Of a stretch of 64,000 nucleotides of DNA, positions 19,201 through 28,701 are shown piece by piece (position 1 is the stretch's first letter; each line of letters opens with the position of its first letter). The notes beneath the pieces were generated by a model that had not been told where the DNA came from, made no database searches, and worked only from the letters and a program-made list of their open reading frames with translations. The stretch covers positions 1 through 64,000 of the forward strand of contig JBFOMH010000020.1 in the NCBI GenBank assembly GCA_040830765.1, written 5' to 3'. Position numbers and translations under genes: made by a program. Origin of the DNA: Puniceicoccaceae bacterium (GTDB lineage Bacteria; Verrucomicrobiota; Verrucomicrobiia; Opitutales; Oceanipulchritudinaceae).

Positions 19201-19242
19201 GAGGGCCGGTTCTACTATGTCGGTCTGACGAAGGGCTTCTAA
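16237..19242 (+). CDS. TonB-dependent outer membrane receptor
   Basis: Signal peptide, TonB box-like EAFIITGS, plug motifs LRGLG..TLVLIDG and EVLKDGASATYGADAVAGVIN, C-terminal GRFYYVGLTKGF ending in Phe. Confidence 0.96.
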   Translation: MNKHINQITRWLAVGSVIAGITLATSVGFAQEEDEELEAFIITGSLIPQSQTAFEAGALPVSLFSREDIDRTGFTSTAEILQDLNVNNGASVPISNNATGFTPAASSVSLRGLGPEATLVLIDGLRIAPYPTGTGGTTAFIDLNSIPLAAIESFEVLKDGASATYGADAVAGVINLILTDEFVGAETRMQYGNTTASTDSSEFILSGVVGSVTDRTKMVAGFNYYSRKAIFNKDRKFSEVPPFLSTNSSPLNITISQAAYDESVGNAVDPTSAGQIEITSGPSAADLTPLPGYEIGTINNNGNVPAEDYTVVDPSLGKTFAGSHFNYNLTSGSYPEIKRYGAFMKFEHDINGLDKLKLFGDALYQHTFSRSELAPSATGNFFDPGSQALIIPARTPTPFIVRGSNRLNSDLGTATANPIMAPGDADYDVERRIVSDKNAFNPFNPFNQDLSDTSRIRLWEFGNRIFRTYTNSGVGTLGIAGKDISDKWDFRTGLRYSFIEQTDRNNVASITNINRLLNQNDPIFDPDSNEYIGSTVAFNPFGYFLNPIENNDVVAEFAKVETKGYAVSDLLMGFFQANTTELLELPAGDVGFAFGADYRVESVDQSPDALAQTGSLIGSSPRAVTDASRDIWSVYAEANIPLVSPEQDVTGFYLIDMNIAARYERFVTSGRDTFVPKVGVRVMPIKELMIRGSYGEGFREPSLFELFSGQSYGLSTVYNPLTDTSEREVSVSSSGNVELAAEDTTSYNIGVIYTPTNKWLSGFTFGVDLWRIEREGTVSLSYERTVERFVSGDLLAGESVLIDPASNALVQVNSVFANAGRTRVQGIDFDIAYALRTEDLGRFDFRVVATWLDKWLFASQPGAELVNFVEEDSSIAAQDGYLRWKANASLSWLYENHKATIRARYRDGFNDGKYADPANLDFAAVFFEVKDRVLFDVQYGYTFFTDSDSWFKDLEVTAGIRNVLDTDPPESNGFLSSSTGYPDFLYTAEGRFYYVGLTKGF

Positions 19243-19278
19243 TCGAAGCTTAAGCCAGATTAAGAAAATCATCTTTCA

Positions 19279-19310
19279 GGGGATGCCTTCGGGCATCCCC
19301 TTTTTTCTTT
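19279..19310 (+). terminator. Rho-independent terminator of the receptor gene
   Basis: GGGGATGCC-TTCG-GGCATCCCC followed by TTTTTTCTTT. Confidence 0.93.
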
Positions 19311-19354
19311 TCCGGAATGGACAAGGCCGGTGAAAATCCCAACCATTGCCATTC

Positions 19355-19900
19355 ATGAAGAACCAGTTCCGTTTTTCCGTTCTCTGTCTATCGGTTTCTC
19401 TCCTCAGCACGATTGCAACAGCCCAGTCGGAGACGAACCTTTCAGCTATTGTGGGTGAGGATACCTTCAACGCAGCCGGCTTGGATAAACTTTCACCGGA
19501 GGAACAGGCTGTCCTCGCGACTTGGATCACCAACCGCGAGACCGAAGCGGAAGCCCAGGTTGAGGAACGCATCGCCCAGGTTGTCGAGGAACGGGTCGAG
19601 GAAGAGCGCCAGCGGGCCATTGAGGAGCGCAAGAAGAAGGCCAAGTTAGACTTCGGGCTCGACCGGCGGGATGAATTTGCAGTCGACTCCATCACCACTA
19701 CCGTCCGCGGCCATTTCGAGGGCTGGACTGGGAAAACCCGCTTCTACCTCGAGAATGGACAAGTCTGGCAGCAGCGCCTCGGGGGGACCTACTACAAGTA
19801 CATCAAGAATCCAGAGGTCAGCATCGCCAAGGAAAGCCTCGGTTACTGGATGACTGTTAAAAAGACCGGCGCCCGCGTCGCCGTGATGCGCCTGGAATAA
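19355..19900 (+). CDS. Secreted hypothetical protein
   Basis: Signal peptide, 'FNAAGLDKLSPEEQ' helix, coiled-coil, C-terminal beta domain FEGWTGKTRFYLENGQVWQQ. Confidence 0.75.
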   Translation: MKNQFRFSVLCLSVSLLSTIATAQSETNLSAIVGEDTFNAAGLDKLSPEEQAVLATWITNRETEAEAQVEERIAQVVEERVEEERQRAIEERKKKAKLDFGLDRRDEFAVDSITTTVRGHFEGWTGKTRFYLENGQVWQQRLGGTYYKYIKNPEVSIAKESLGYWMTVKKTGARVAVMRLE

Positions 19901-19953
19901 CAACTGCCAGCCCGGCGGGAGCCTCTCCCGGTCCTCTCCAACGGACTTTCCCG

Positions 19954-19989
19954 TTGACATCCCCGGCATTTCCTAACACGTGTTAGAAT
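19954..19989 (+). promoter_or_regulatory. Promoter elements with an overlapping LacI-type operator candidate
   Basis: TTGACA at 19954-19959, perfect palindrome CTAACACGTGTTAG at 19973-19986, and TGnTAGAAT at 19981-19989, immediately before the LacI ATG. Confidence 0.7.
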
Positions 19990-19991
19990 AT

Positions 19992-21056
19992 ATGGGGGAA
20001 GGACAACCAACAAGGACCAGAGGCGGCATCCGGATCGAGGGAACGGCTGGCCTGGCGCGCCATTTAGGGTTGTCACGGTGGACGGTATCGCGGGTCCTGA
20101 ACGGGCACAGCGGGGTCAAGGAGGAGACGCGGAAACGGGTCATGGAGGCGGTAGAGGAGCTGGGCTTTGAGCCCAACAAGCTGGCGCGGGGCCTGAGGGG
20201 TGGACCCAGCGGTCTGGTCGGCGTAAGTTTTCCTTATCTGGAAGCGACGGTTTTGGCGGAGAAGAGCCGGGTATTAAAGAACGCCTTGGGCGAGGCGGGC
20301 TACCGGGGAATATTTGAGATCCCGGAAGGCGACCCGAAGGCGGAAGCCGATGTTATCCGGCATTTTCTGTCCATTAATGTTGATGGAATCGTCCTTATAG
20401 CCTCGAAGCTGGAACGGGATAATCCGGTTTTGGAGGAGGTGAGGCAACGGGGCGTTGGATTGGTAGCAGTCGATGCGAGAAACAGCCTATCGTCGATGCA
20501 GGTGCAGCTGGATCGCCAGGAGGCAATGGAGAAAGTCCTGCAGCATCTGCACGAACTGGGTCATCGAAAAATCGCCCTGCTGGGGCTGGGAAGCGATGAC
20601 ATGTACCGTGCGGATCGGCTCAAGGGACTGAAAAGAGGCTGCCGTGACCTGGGAATGCAGTTTGAAAAGAATCTCCTCTTCATTGATGAGGAGGGTTTCT
20701 CCTGGCGGGATTACGCCTTCGGGGCGGTTTTGGGGAAGAAGGTCCTCGAGCTGGAGGGGCAGCAGCCCACGGCTTTGATCTGCCTCAACGATTGCCTGGC
20801 CATTGGGGCCATGCGGGCGCTGCAGGAGGCGGGTAAAGCAATTCCGGAGGATTATTCAGTGGTTGGCTTTGATAACACGCCTGAGTCGCAATGGGGTTAC
20901 CCCTCGTTGACTTCTGTCGACCAGAATATAGGAAGCCTAATGGATAACGCCAAGAGCCTGCTCTGGGATTCCCTGAACGGGAAGGGCAGCCGACTGAGAA
21001 AAGTTAAGCCCAAGCTGATTATCAGGGGGTCAACAGGATCTCTCCGGACGAGGTGA
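19992..21056 (+). CDS. LacI-family transcriptional regulator (probable hexuronate regulator)
   Basis: HTH LARHLGLSRWTVSRVLN..V.EETRKRV, PNKLARGL hinge, C-terminal PTALIC.ND..A.G / SVVGFD / LTSVDQ. Confidence 0.93.
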   Translation: MGEGQPTRTRGGIRIEGTAGLARHLGLSRWTVSRVLNGHSGVKEETRKRVMEAVEELGFEPNKLARGLRGGPSGLVGVSFPYLEATVLAEKSRVLKNALGEAGYRGIFEIPEGDPKAEADVIRHFLSINVDGIVLIASKLERDNPVLEEVRQRGVGLVAVDARNSLSSMQVQLDRQEAMEKVLQHLHELGHRKIALLGLGSDDMYRADRLKGLKRGCRDLGMQFEKNLLFIDEEGFSWRDYAFGAVLGKKVLELEGQQPTALICLNDCLAIGAMRALQEAGKAIPEDYSVVGFDNTPESQWGYPSLTSVDQNIGSLMDNAKSLLWDSLNGKGSRLRKVKPKLIIRGSTGSLRTR

Positions 21057-21086
21057 ATGGATTGAAACTTTAAACTGACTAAACAT

Positions 21087-22184
21087 ATGAAATTATCGAT
21101 ACGACCAGAGAACGAATGCTATTTTGACTGTATTTCCCTTGGGGAAGTGATGCTCCGCCTGGATCCAGGAGAGGGCCGCATTCGCACCACGCGAAACTTC
21201 CGGGCTTGGGAAGGCGGTGGTGAATACAATGTCAGCCGTGGCCTGCGCCGATGTTTTGGACTCAAGACAGCGCTTGTGACGGCGTTTGCGGATAATGATA
21301 TTGGCCGGCTGGTGGAGGACTTGATCCTCCAGGGAGGGGTTGATACCCGGTTTATCCAGTGGAAGGACTATGACGGAATTGGACGATCAGTCCGAAATGG
21401 ACTCAATTTCACGGAACGTGGATTCGGTATCCGCGGAGCGGTGGGGGTTTCCGATCGTGGCCTTACAGCCGCCTCTCAATTGAAGCCGGGTGATATCGAC
21501 TGGGATGAAATCTTTGGCAAGCTGGGGTCAAGATGGTTCCACACCGGAGGCATCTATGCGGCCTTGAGCGAGTCTGCTGCGGAACTGACCATTGAGGCGG
21601 TCAAGGCGGCAAAGAAACACGGGACGGTTGTCAGCTATGATCTTAATTATCGGCCCTCCTTGTGGAAGAGTATCGGTGGCCAGAAGAAGGCCCAGGAAGT
21701 AAACCGGGAAATTGCCAAGTATGTGGATGTGATGATTGGCAATGAGGAAGATTTCACAGCCAGTCTGGGCTTTGAAGTGGAAGGAGTGGACGAGAACCTG
21801 TCCGACCTCCCAATTGAGAACTTCAAGAAAATGATCAACAACGCCACCCGGGAATTCCCGAACTTCAAGGCCACGGCGACGACCTTGCGAGGGGTGAAGA
21901 CGGCGACAGTTAATGACTGGGGAGCTATCGCCTGGATGGATGGCGAATTCTTTCAGAGCAAGGCCTATCCGGAACTGGAAATCATGGACCGCGTTGGCGG
22001 AGGCGACAGTTTTGCCTCGGGTTTTATTTATGGATTGATGGTCCGGGGAAATCCCCAGGATGCAGTTGAGTACGGCGCTGCCCATGGGGCTTTGGCCATG
22101 ACAACGCCTGGCGACACCACCATGGCCAACCTCAAGGAAGTTGAGAAGATTGTTGGTGGTGGAGGGGCACGAGTAGATAGATAA
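21087..22184 (+). CDS. kdgK: 2-keto-3-deoxygluconate kinase (PfkB family)
   Basis: [40 protein letters not shown]; in an operon with uxaC. Confidence 0.88.
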   Translation: MKLSIRPENECYFDCISLGEVMLRLDPGEGRIRTTRNFRAWEGGGEYNVSRGLRRCFGLKTALVTAFADNDIGRLVEDLILQGGVDTRFIQWKDYDGIGRSVRNGLNFTERGFGIRGAVGVSDRGLTAASQLKPGDIDWDEIFGKLGSRWFHTGGIYAALSESAAELTIEAVKAAKKHGTVVSYDLNYRPSLWKSIGGQKKAQEVNREIAKYVDVMIGNEEDFTASLGFEVEGVDENLSDLPIENFKKMINNATREFPNFKATATTLRGVKTATVNDWGAIAWMDGEFFQSKAYPELEIMDRVGGGDSFASGFIYGLMVRGNPQDAVEYGAAHGALAMTTPGDTTMANLKEVEKIVGGGGARVDR

Positions 22185-22222
22185 TCACAGGTTTGAGGAA
22201 GATTGTTTATAAAGGTAACAGT

Positions 22223-23005
22223 ATGAATGAATTGATAAACGAATTATTTTCCCTGGAGAACAAGGTAGCACTTGTCATTGGGGGAACCGGTGAACTGTGT
22301 GGCACAATGGCAGAAGGTCTTGCTGGGGCCGGGGCGCATGTGCTGCTCGTTGGCCGCAACGAGGAAAAGGCAAAGGTACGGCTCGACAATATCCGTGAAG
22401 CAGGTGGCCGGGCAGATTTCCTCAAGGCGGATGTGGGAACAAAAGCATCCATCGAGGTCTTGCTGTCCAAGGCAGTAGAATTGGCCGGTGAAATAGATAT
22501 CATCGTCAACGGTGCAGGCATTAATTCCCCGACTCCATTCCTGGAAGTGGCAGAGGAGGAGCTGGACCGGATAATGACCATCAATTTCCGGTCCGTGTAC
22601 CTGGCCTGTCAGGTATTTGGTTCCTATCTCGTCGAACGGGGCAAGGGAGGGAGTATCATCAACATCGGCTCCATGTCGGGAATCATCCCCTTGTCGCGGG
22701 TTTTTACCTACAGTGCCAGCAAGGCGGCGGTGCACAACTTGTCCAAGAACCTGGCCCGTGAATGGGCAACCGAGGGAATCCGGGTCAATACCATTGTACC
22801 CGGCTTTTTCCCGGCCGAACAAAACAGGAAAGTCCTTACTGAAGAGCGGGTGGCCCAGATTATGGGGCATACGCCCATGAAGCGCTTTGGCAATTCGAGC
22901 GAGCTCATTGGGGCCACACTGCTGCTGGCCAGCGAGAAGGCCGGAAGCTTCATCACTGGCCATGAACTGGTGGTTGATGGGGGCTATGCCAGCATGACCA
23001 TCTGA
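22223..23005 (+). CDS. SDR oxidoreductase, probable D-mannonate oxidoreductase (fructuronate reductase, UxuB-like)
   Basis: [34 protein letters not shown]; lies between kdgK and uxaC. Confidence 0.75.
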   Translation: MNELINELFSLENKVALVIGGTGELCGTMAEGLAGAGAHVLLVGRNEEKAKVRLDNIREAGGRADFLKADVGTKASIEVLLSKAVELAGEIDIIVNGAGINSPTPFLEVAEEELDRIMTINFRSVYLACQVFGSYLVERGKGGSIINIGSMSGIIPLSRVFTYSASKAAVHNLSKNLAREWATEGIRVNTIVPGFFPAEQNRKVLTEERVAQIMGHTPMKRFGNSSELIGATLLLASEKAGSFITGHELVVDGGYASMTI

Positions 23006-23031
23006 GTAAATATCCTACACCCCGAAAACCC

Positions 23032-24459
23032 ATGACGTTTATCACCGACAACTTCCTCCTCCGCAACGATGTGGCAGCCGAGCTCTACCATGACACGGCA
23101 AAGGACCTGCCCATCATTGACTATCATTGTCATCTTCCTCCCGGAGATGTGGCTTCCAACCGGACATTTGGCGACTTATTTGAGATCTGGCTCGAGGGAG
23201 ACCATTACAAGTGGCGCGCCATGCGGGCCAATGGCATTGAGGAGCGGTACTGCACCGGGGATGCAAGTCCGAGGGAAAAGTTCGATGCCTTTGCCCGGAC
23301 TTTGCCGGAATGCCTCCGCAATCCCCTTTACCACTGGTCCCACCTGGAACTCCTGCGTTACTTCGGAATTGATTCCCTTCTGGGGCCGGAAACGGCCGAC
23401 GCTGTCTGGGATGCTGCCAACCAAAAGCTGGCTGGTGATGAACTGACGGCACAAGGCATCCTCAAAAAGTTCAAGGTTTCCGTCGTCTGCACCACGGATG
23501 ATCCCACGGACTCGCTGGAGCACCACGCCAGCATTGCCTCAGGAAATATCGGGACGCGGGTGTATCCGACCTTCCGCCCGGACAAGGCGCTGGGAATCGG
23601 TGAAAATGGTCCTTGGAATGTCTGGACGGACAAACTGGCTGAAGTGAGCGGAATTGATTGTGGTTCACTGGCTGGATTTTGTGAAGCTCTCCAGGCCCGT
23701 CATGACTATTTTCATTCCATGGGCGGGCGCCTCTCGGATCACGGGATTGAAGTGTGCTATGCTGAATTTCCCTCTGGATCCGAGGCTGAGGCCATCTATT
23801 CCAAGGCCCGGGAAGGGCACACCGTTTCGGGTGATGAGGCAAACCGGTTTGCCGCCTACATGATGGAGTTCTTTGGTGAACTGGATGCTGCCAAGGGGTG
23901 GGTAAAACAGTTGCACCTTGGCGCCATGCGGAATGTCAATGACAAGCTGTTTGCCGATCTGGGCCCTGATGTTGGGGGTGATTCCATTGGTGATTTCCGC
24001 CAGGGTGACCCGCTGGGGCGTTATCTCGGACGTCTTGCCGGCAAGGACCAGTTACCAAAAATGGTCCTTTATAACCTCAATCCAAGCGACAATTACCTGA
24101 TGGCCACGATGGCGGCCAATTTCCAGGGTGGTGGTGCTCCCGGCAAGATGCAGTTTGGTACGGGGTGGTGGCACCTCGATCAAAAGGAAGGCATGACATG
24201 GCAAATCAACGCCTTGTCCAACCTCGGGTTGCTAGGCCACTTTGTCGGCATGTTGACGGACTCCAGAAGTTTCATGAGCTACTGCCGTCATGAATACTTC
24301 CGCCGCCTGCTTTGCCAGTTGATTGGGGATGACGTGGTTAATGGGGAGTTGCCACATGACATGGAATTGTTGCGTCGTCTTGTCTGGAAAGTCTGCTATG
24401 GCAACGCCTCGACTTATTTTGGATTTGAACTCGGCAAGTATCAGTCGTCCTGGGCTTGA
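23032..24459 (+). CDS. uxaC: Glucuronate (uronate) isomerase
   Basis: PIIDYHCHL, WLEGDHYKWRAMR, NPLYHWSHLEL, GMLTDSRSFMSY.RHEYFRR. Confidence 0.97.
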   Translation: MTFITDNFLLRNDVAAELYHDTAKDLPIIDYHCHLPPGDVASNRTFGDLFEIWLEGDHYKWRAMRANGIEERYCTGDASPREKFDAFARTLPECLRNPLYHWSHLELLRYFGIDSLLGPETADAVWDAANQKLAGDELTAQGILKKFKVSVVCTTDDPTDSLEHHASIASGNIGTRVYPTFRPDKALGIGENGPWNVWTDKLAEVSGIDCGSLAGFCEALQARHDYFHSMGGRLSDHGIEVCYAEFPSGSEAEAIYSKAREGHTVSGDEANRFAAYMMEFFGELDAAKGWVKQLHLGAMRNVNDKLFADLGPDVGGDSIGDFRQGDPLGRYLGRLAGKDQLPKMVLYNLNPSDNYLMATMAANFQGGGAPGKMQFGTGWWHLDQKEGMTWQINALSNLGLLGHFVGMLTDSRSFMSYCRHEYFRRLLCQLIGDDVVNGELPHDMELLRRLVWKVCYGNASTYFGFELGKYQSSWA

Positions 24460-25838
24460 TAAGGCCTGATCGCGGTTTCCTGCAGCGCAGACGGCAAACA
24501 GCACGGGTCGATGACTTTCCAGGTAAATTCAGCCTTTGGCATGCTGGGGTCTTCTACAGAGAGTCGCTGATTAACAACAAGGCGGACGGAATCCGCCAGA
24601 ATCCCTGGAGGGACGCCCCAGGCCAGCAACCGGTGCAAGGCAGCATCCGTGTTCCTGGCGTGCATGGTGCTCAATACGGCGTGTCCGCTGAGGGCAGCCC
24701 TGCAGGAGGCAATGGCCGAGTTGGCATCCCGTACTTCCCCAACCATTATGACATCCGGATCCTGTCTCAGGAACGAACGGACAGCAGAAGCGAAAGTCCA
24801 GCCCCTGGCCTCATTGACAGGACATTGGACGACGTCTGGGAGTTCCTGTTCCACGGGATCCTCGATAGTGATGATCTTCAAGTCATACCGGGAAAGTTCA
24901 TGCATCAAGCTGTACAGTGTCGTTGTCTTGCCACTACCAGTCGGCCCACAACAGAGGATCAAGCCTGGATTCGCCAACACGCTGTCCAAACACTCCTCCA
25001 TTAATTCTGGGGGCATTCCCAATTCAGGTAAAGGGAGAGCTGAGAGTTCCTGTTTTGGAATCCGCAGAACCACGCTCTCGCCATCCACAGTGGTCAAATG
25101 GGATAAGCGGGCACTGCTTCCGCCGGGGACCCCATTGAGTTTCATCAGACCATCCATGGGCGGTCCCCGGGTTGCCCCGGCCAATCCTGCCTGTGTCTTC
25201 AGAAGCTGCATCGCAGCCTTGGCCCGATCACCCTCCCAGTGTCCTCCTGCCTCAAGACTCCTTCCGGCATGAAACCGGATATCAAGCTTGTCCGCGGCAA
25301 GTTCGAAGTGAATGTCCGTCGCTCCCCTGACGATAAGGCCCTGTATCAAATCGTCGAGCCAGTTTCTGGGCGATTCCGATACTGCCCCATCCCCCTCTAT
25401 GCCATGGAACGGCGCTACAATTTTGGACCGGTCAGGGTGCATCAGTACCCATTGCCAATGGAATGCATGGGGTCCGAGGATAGGCTCCAACGACGGGGGC
25501 AGGTCCGGACCACCCGCGAGAACGTGCAAATCCCCCTCCTGACCAAGGTAAACGAATCCGAGTTGCTCCAGAAGGCCAGACTGCGGCGGGCGCTCTTCCA
25601 CTTCATTGTAGCGATCAAGATGGCCAAGAGGTGCCCCGGTAGCGGTTTGCAGTGCCTCGATTAGGGAAGTTTCCTCAACAATTCCATTTCGAAGAAGCCA
25701 GACAAGCAGGGATTCTTTCCCGGGTTGTGATTCCCACCGATGAACTGTTTCGTCCCAAGTTGATTTCCGGATGGGATCCGGGACGAGAATTTTGCTTAAC
25801 AATGGAGCGTTAGACTCATAGGCAAAACCATCCCGCAT
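24441..25838 (-). CDS. Divergent GspE/PilB-family ATPase, C-terminally short
   Basis: [40 protein letters not shown]; ends soon after NQRL. Confidence 0.85.
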   Translation of the reverse strand: MRDGFAYESNAPLLSKILVPDPIRKSTWDETVHRWESQPGKESLLVWLLRNGIVEETSLIEALQTATGAPLGHLDRYNEVEERPPQSGLLEQLGFVYLGQEGDLHVLAGGPDLPPSLEPILGPHAFHWQWVLMHPDRSKIVAPFHGIEGDGAVSESPRNWLDDLIQGLIVRGATDIHFELAADKLDIRFHAGRSLEAGGHWEGDRAKAAMQLLKTQAGLAGATRGPPMDGLMKLNGVPGGSSARLSHLTTVDGESVVLRIPKQELSALPLPELGMPPELMEECLDSVLANPGLILCCGPTGSGKTTTLYSLMHELSRYDLKIITIEDPVEQELPDVVQCPVNEARGWTFASAVRSFLRQDPDVIMVGEVRDANSAIASCRAALSGHAVLSTMHARNTDAALHRLLAWGVPPGILADSVRLVVNQRLSVEDPSMPKAEFTWKVIDPCCLPSALQETAIRPYQAQDD

Positions 25839-25862
25839 CTGGACCCTCGGGTAAAGGGATTG

Positions 25863-26981
25863 TTAAACCTCGGTGAAGGCTATCCCGGCGTCGCGGAACT
25901 TCTGCTTCAGCTCGTTCGGGTTTTGCGACTTCTCCAGCGCGACATCGGCTTCGACCAGACCCCGGTTGACGAGGCTGGCGAGGTGTGCATCCAGGGAAAT
26001 CATGCCATACTGGGATCCTGTCTGGATTTCGGAGGCAATTCGGTAAGTCTTGTTTTCCCGAATGAGTGCGGCAACAGAGGTCGTCGTCACCATGATTTCG
26101 AAGGCGGCAATTCGGCCCCCGCCTTTTTTCTTCAGCAGGACCTGCGAAATGACGGACACGATCGAGGACGCCAACTGGGTCCGAATCTGGTCCTTCGTGG
26201 AGTCCGGGAAGGCATCCACAATACGGTCCACCGTGCGGGCGGAACCCGTGGTATGCAAGGTGCCAAAGACAAGGTGACCCGTTTCCGCCGCGGAGACGGC
26301 CGCCTCAATGGTTTCAAGGTCACGCATTTCACCGACAAGAATGACATCCGGATCCTGCCGCAGGGCTCCGCGAAGAGCCTCGGAGAAGGACGGCGTGTCG
26401 TTGCCAACTTCCCGTTGGGTGACGATGGAATGCTTGTGCTCGTGATAATATTCAATCGGATCCTCAATCGTGATGATGTGGCCATCACGGTTCTCATTGA
26501 TCCAGTTGACCATCGAGGCAAGGGTGGTGGATTTACCCGAACCCGTGGGGCCGGTGACAAGAATGAGGCCCCGGGGGCGCTTGAGGAGGTCCTTGATATG
26601 GTCCGGGAGGCCGATCTGCCGCAGCCCGAACATGTCCTTGGGAATGGTACGCAGGACCATCCCGTAGTTGCCCTTGGCTTTCATGACACTGACCCGGAAA
26701 CGGGCGCGGTCGAGGAAGGCGAAGCCAAAGTCGGCCCCACCCTTGGTCTTCAACTGTTCCTGCATGGCATCCGAGGTAATGGCCTGCATAAGGACCTTTG
26801 TATCGGCTGCCGTCAAAGGCGGACCATCAACAGGAACCATGGAACCGCTGATGCGGAGGGTTGGCGCTTGATTCACTTGCAGGTGAAGGTCGCTCGCTTC
26901 CTGGTCGACCATCAATTCAAGCAAATCGTTCATCTCATATGGACAATCCAAATGACTTTCTACTGCTGCTTCCATTGTCAT
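25863..26981 (-). CDS. pilT: Type IV pilus retraction ATPase
   Basis: [65 protein letters not shown]. Confidence 0.95.
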   Translation of the reverse strand: MTMEAAVESHLDCPYEMNDLLELMVDQEASDLHLQVNQAPTLRISGSMVPVDGPPLTAADTKVLMQAITSDAMQEQLKTKGGADFGFAFLDRARFRVSVMKAKGNYGMVLRTIPKDMFGLRQIGLPDHIKDLLKRPRGLILVTGPTGSGKSTTLASMVNWINENRDGHIITIEDPIEYYHEHKHSIVTQREVGNDTPSFSEALRGALRQDPDVILVGEMRDLETIEAAVSAAETGHLVFGTLHTTGSARTVDRIVDAFPDSTKDQIRTQLASSIVSVISQVLLKKKGGGRIAAFEIMVTTTSVAALIRENKTYRIASEIQTGSQYGMISLDAHLASLVNRGLVEADVALEKSQNPNELKQKFRDAGIAFTEV

Positions 26982-27055
26982 AAGTTTAGAATTTGCCGAG
27001 TTCCCGGCAGAGACACCACCGGGTATAGCATCTGACTGAGTATTTAACAAAATCC

Positions 27056-28627
27056 TTACACATGGCAAAGCGTAAATTTCCTACGAACGGGCCGCGGAAA
27101 ATAAGGCAGGAGGCATTCCAGGGTTATCCTCTGGCGAACCAACAGCGGCCAGGCTGCCTGAAACAGGTTCAAACGGGTGTCGCCTCCTGAAAGGCTGGTA
27201 GAGACATCAAAAATTCCGATTCTGCCGGCATAGCCCCGTCTGCATTCCTGACAACCCTCTGCGGCAACAACACTATCTGGAAGCCCTCCCGGCACCCAAT
27301 CAAGGAGTTCCCGGACGCTTGGTGATATTTCCAGGAAGGAAGAACAGATTCGGCAAACAAGCCTTATCAGCCGTTGATGAATGACAGCCGCGCAGGTGGC
27401 CCTGACGATTCCCGGGGATTGTCCCAGGTCCTGGAAGCGTCGAAGGATGCCATTGTTGCTGGAAGCATGGACAGACGCGAGAATACGGTGACCCGAATTT
27501 GCCGCCTGGATGGCAATGGCCGCTGTTTCCTCGTCCCGGACTTCCCCGATGAGGATGGTGTCCGGAGCCTGACGCATGAAGGCCTTCAAGAGGATGGCAA
27601 ATGTCTCACCCGATTGTTCGTCCACCTCTACCTGCTGGATGCCGGGAAGGAATACTTCAACTGGATCCTCGGCTGTAAGGATTTTTTCATCCATGTGGAC
27701 CGCAATCTGAAGCAAGCTGTACAGGGTTGTTGACTTACCGCAACCAGTAGGACCGGCAACCAGCCAAAGTCCGTCGGGGTGGTGGAATTCGTCATGGACT
27801 TGACGCACCTGCCGGGGACCGAAACCCAAATGTTCCAGTTTCAACGCATCCTTGGCCGGGGGATGCAGGAAACGGACAACCATCGATCGCCCGTGACAAG
27901 TGGGAACCAATGAGACACGGGCATGGATTTCCATCATGGTGCCCTTCCTGAGGCGAAAGGAGCCGTCCGCAGGGGAGTCAGCGGGAAGGTTTCCCAATCC
28001 GGAGGCGCGGACGACCGAATTCAGCAACCAGTTTCCCTTCTTTGTAGTCAAGTTGGTGTGCTTTTCCAAGCGGCCATCCACCCTCAGCCGGGAAACATAA
28101 CCTTCCCTGGCCGGTTCAAGGTGCCAGTCCGAGACCAAGCGTTCAGCATTCAATTGGCTGAGAAACGCATGCAAGGCGATGACGGATTTTTCTCGAACGG
28201 CATCCGGTTTGACTGATCCGGAGGTCACCTCCAAGGCTGAAAGTGCCTGACTGTACCATTCGAGGAAGAGAGAGGGCCTTGCCAATGCTGGTCTTTGCTG
28301 CCCCTGCCTCAGGCGATCGAAGTGGGGTAGCGCCGATGGGTGTTCAAGGACAAACCAGGACTCCTGGGGGCCTTGTAGCAGCAGAATTCTTCCGGGAGAT
28401 GGTTGATTCCCGATGTCGTCCGGTATGGTTGGATGCGATCCTTCTGGCAGTTCGGTCAGCAGGGGTATGCCAATCGTCCGCTGCAGCTTTTCCCCCAATT
28501 GTTCCCACAGTCGTGGAATCCCCTGAAGGGCCTGTTCCTCCTCGATTGGACTTTGGGCTGAAAACGGCTTCCCGCTCTTTCGTTCCAGTTCAACATACGG
28601 AATCAGGAATGGTTCGTACACTGGCAT
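27056..28627 (-). CDS. Divergent GspE/PilB-family ATPase
   Basis: [46 protein letters not shown]...[14 protein letters not shown]. Confidence 0.85.
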   Translation of the reverse strand: MPVYEPFLIPYVELERKSGKPFSAQSPIEEEQALQGIPRLWEQLGEKLQRTIGIPLLTELPEGSHPTIPDDIGNQPSPGRILLLQGPQESWFVLEHPSALPHFDRLRQGQQRPALARPSLFLEWYSQALSALEVTSGSVKPDAVREKSVIALHAFLSQLNAERLVSDWHLEPAREGYVSRLRVDGRLEKHTNLTTKKGNWLLNSVVRASGLGNLPADSPADGSFRLRKGTMMEIHARVSLVPTCHGRSMVVRFLHPPAKDALKLEHLGFGPRQVRQVHDEFHHPDGLWLVAGPTGCGKSTTLYSLLQIAVHMDEKILTAEDPVEVFLPGIQQVEVDEQSGETFAILLKAFMRQAPDTILIGEVRDEETAAIAIQAANSGHRILASVHASSNNGILRRFQDLGQSPGIVRATCAAVIHQRLIRLVCRICSSFLEISPSVRELLDWVPGGLPDSVVAAEGCQECRRGYAGRIGIFDVSTSLSGGDTRLNLFQAAWPLLVRQRITLECLLPYFPRPVRRKFTLCHV

Positions 28628-28701
28628 TACCCGTAAAGCATCAGGTCTGCCACTTATTCCGGGCGAGTCGTCCTTTCGCCTAAATTCAGGCGTTGCTGCG
28701 C

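Noticed and set aside
18040..19272. 410-aa antisense ORF to the receptor
   Set aside because: Expected by-product of strong codon bias on the sense strand.
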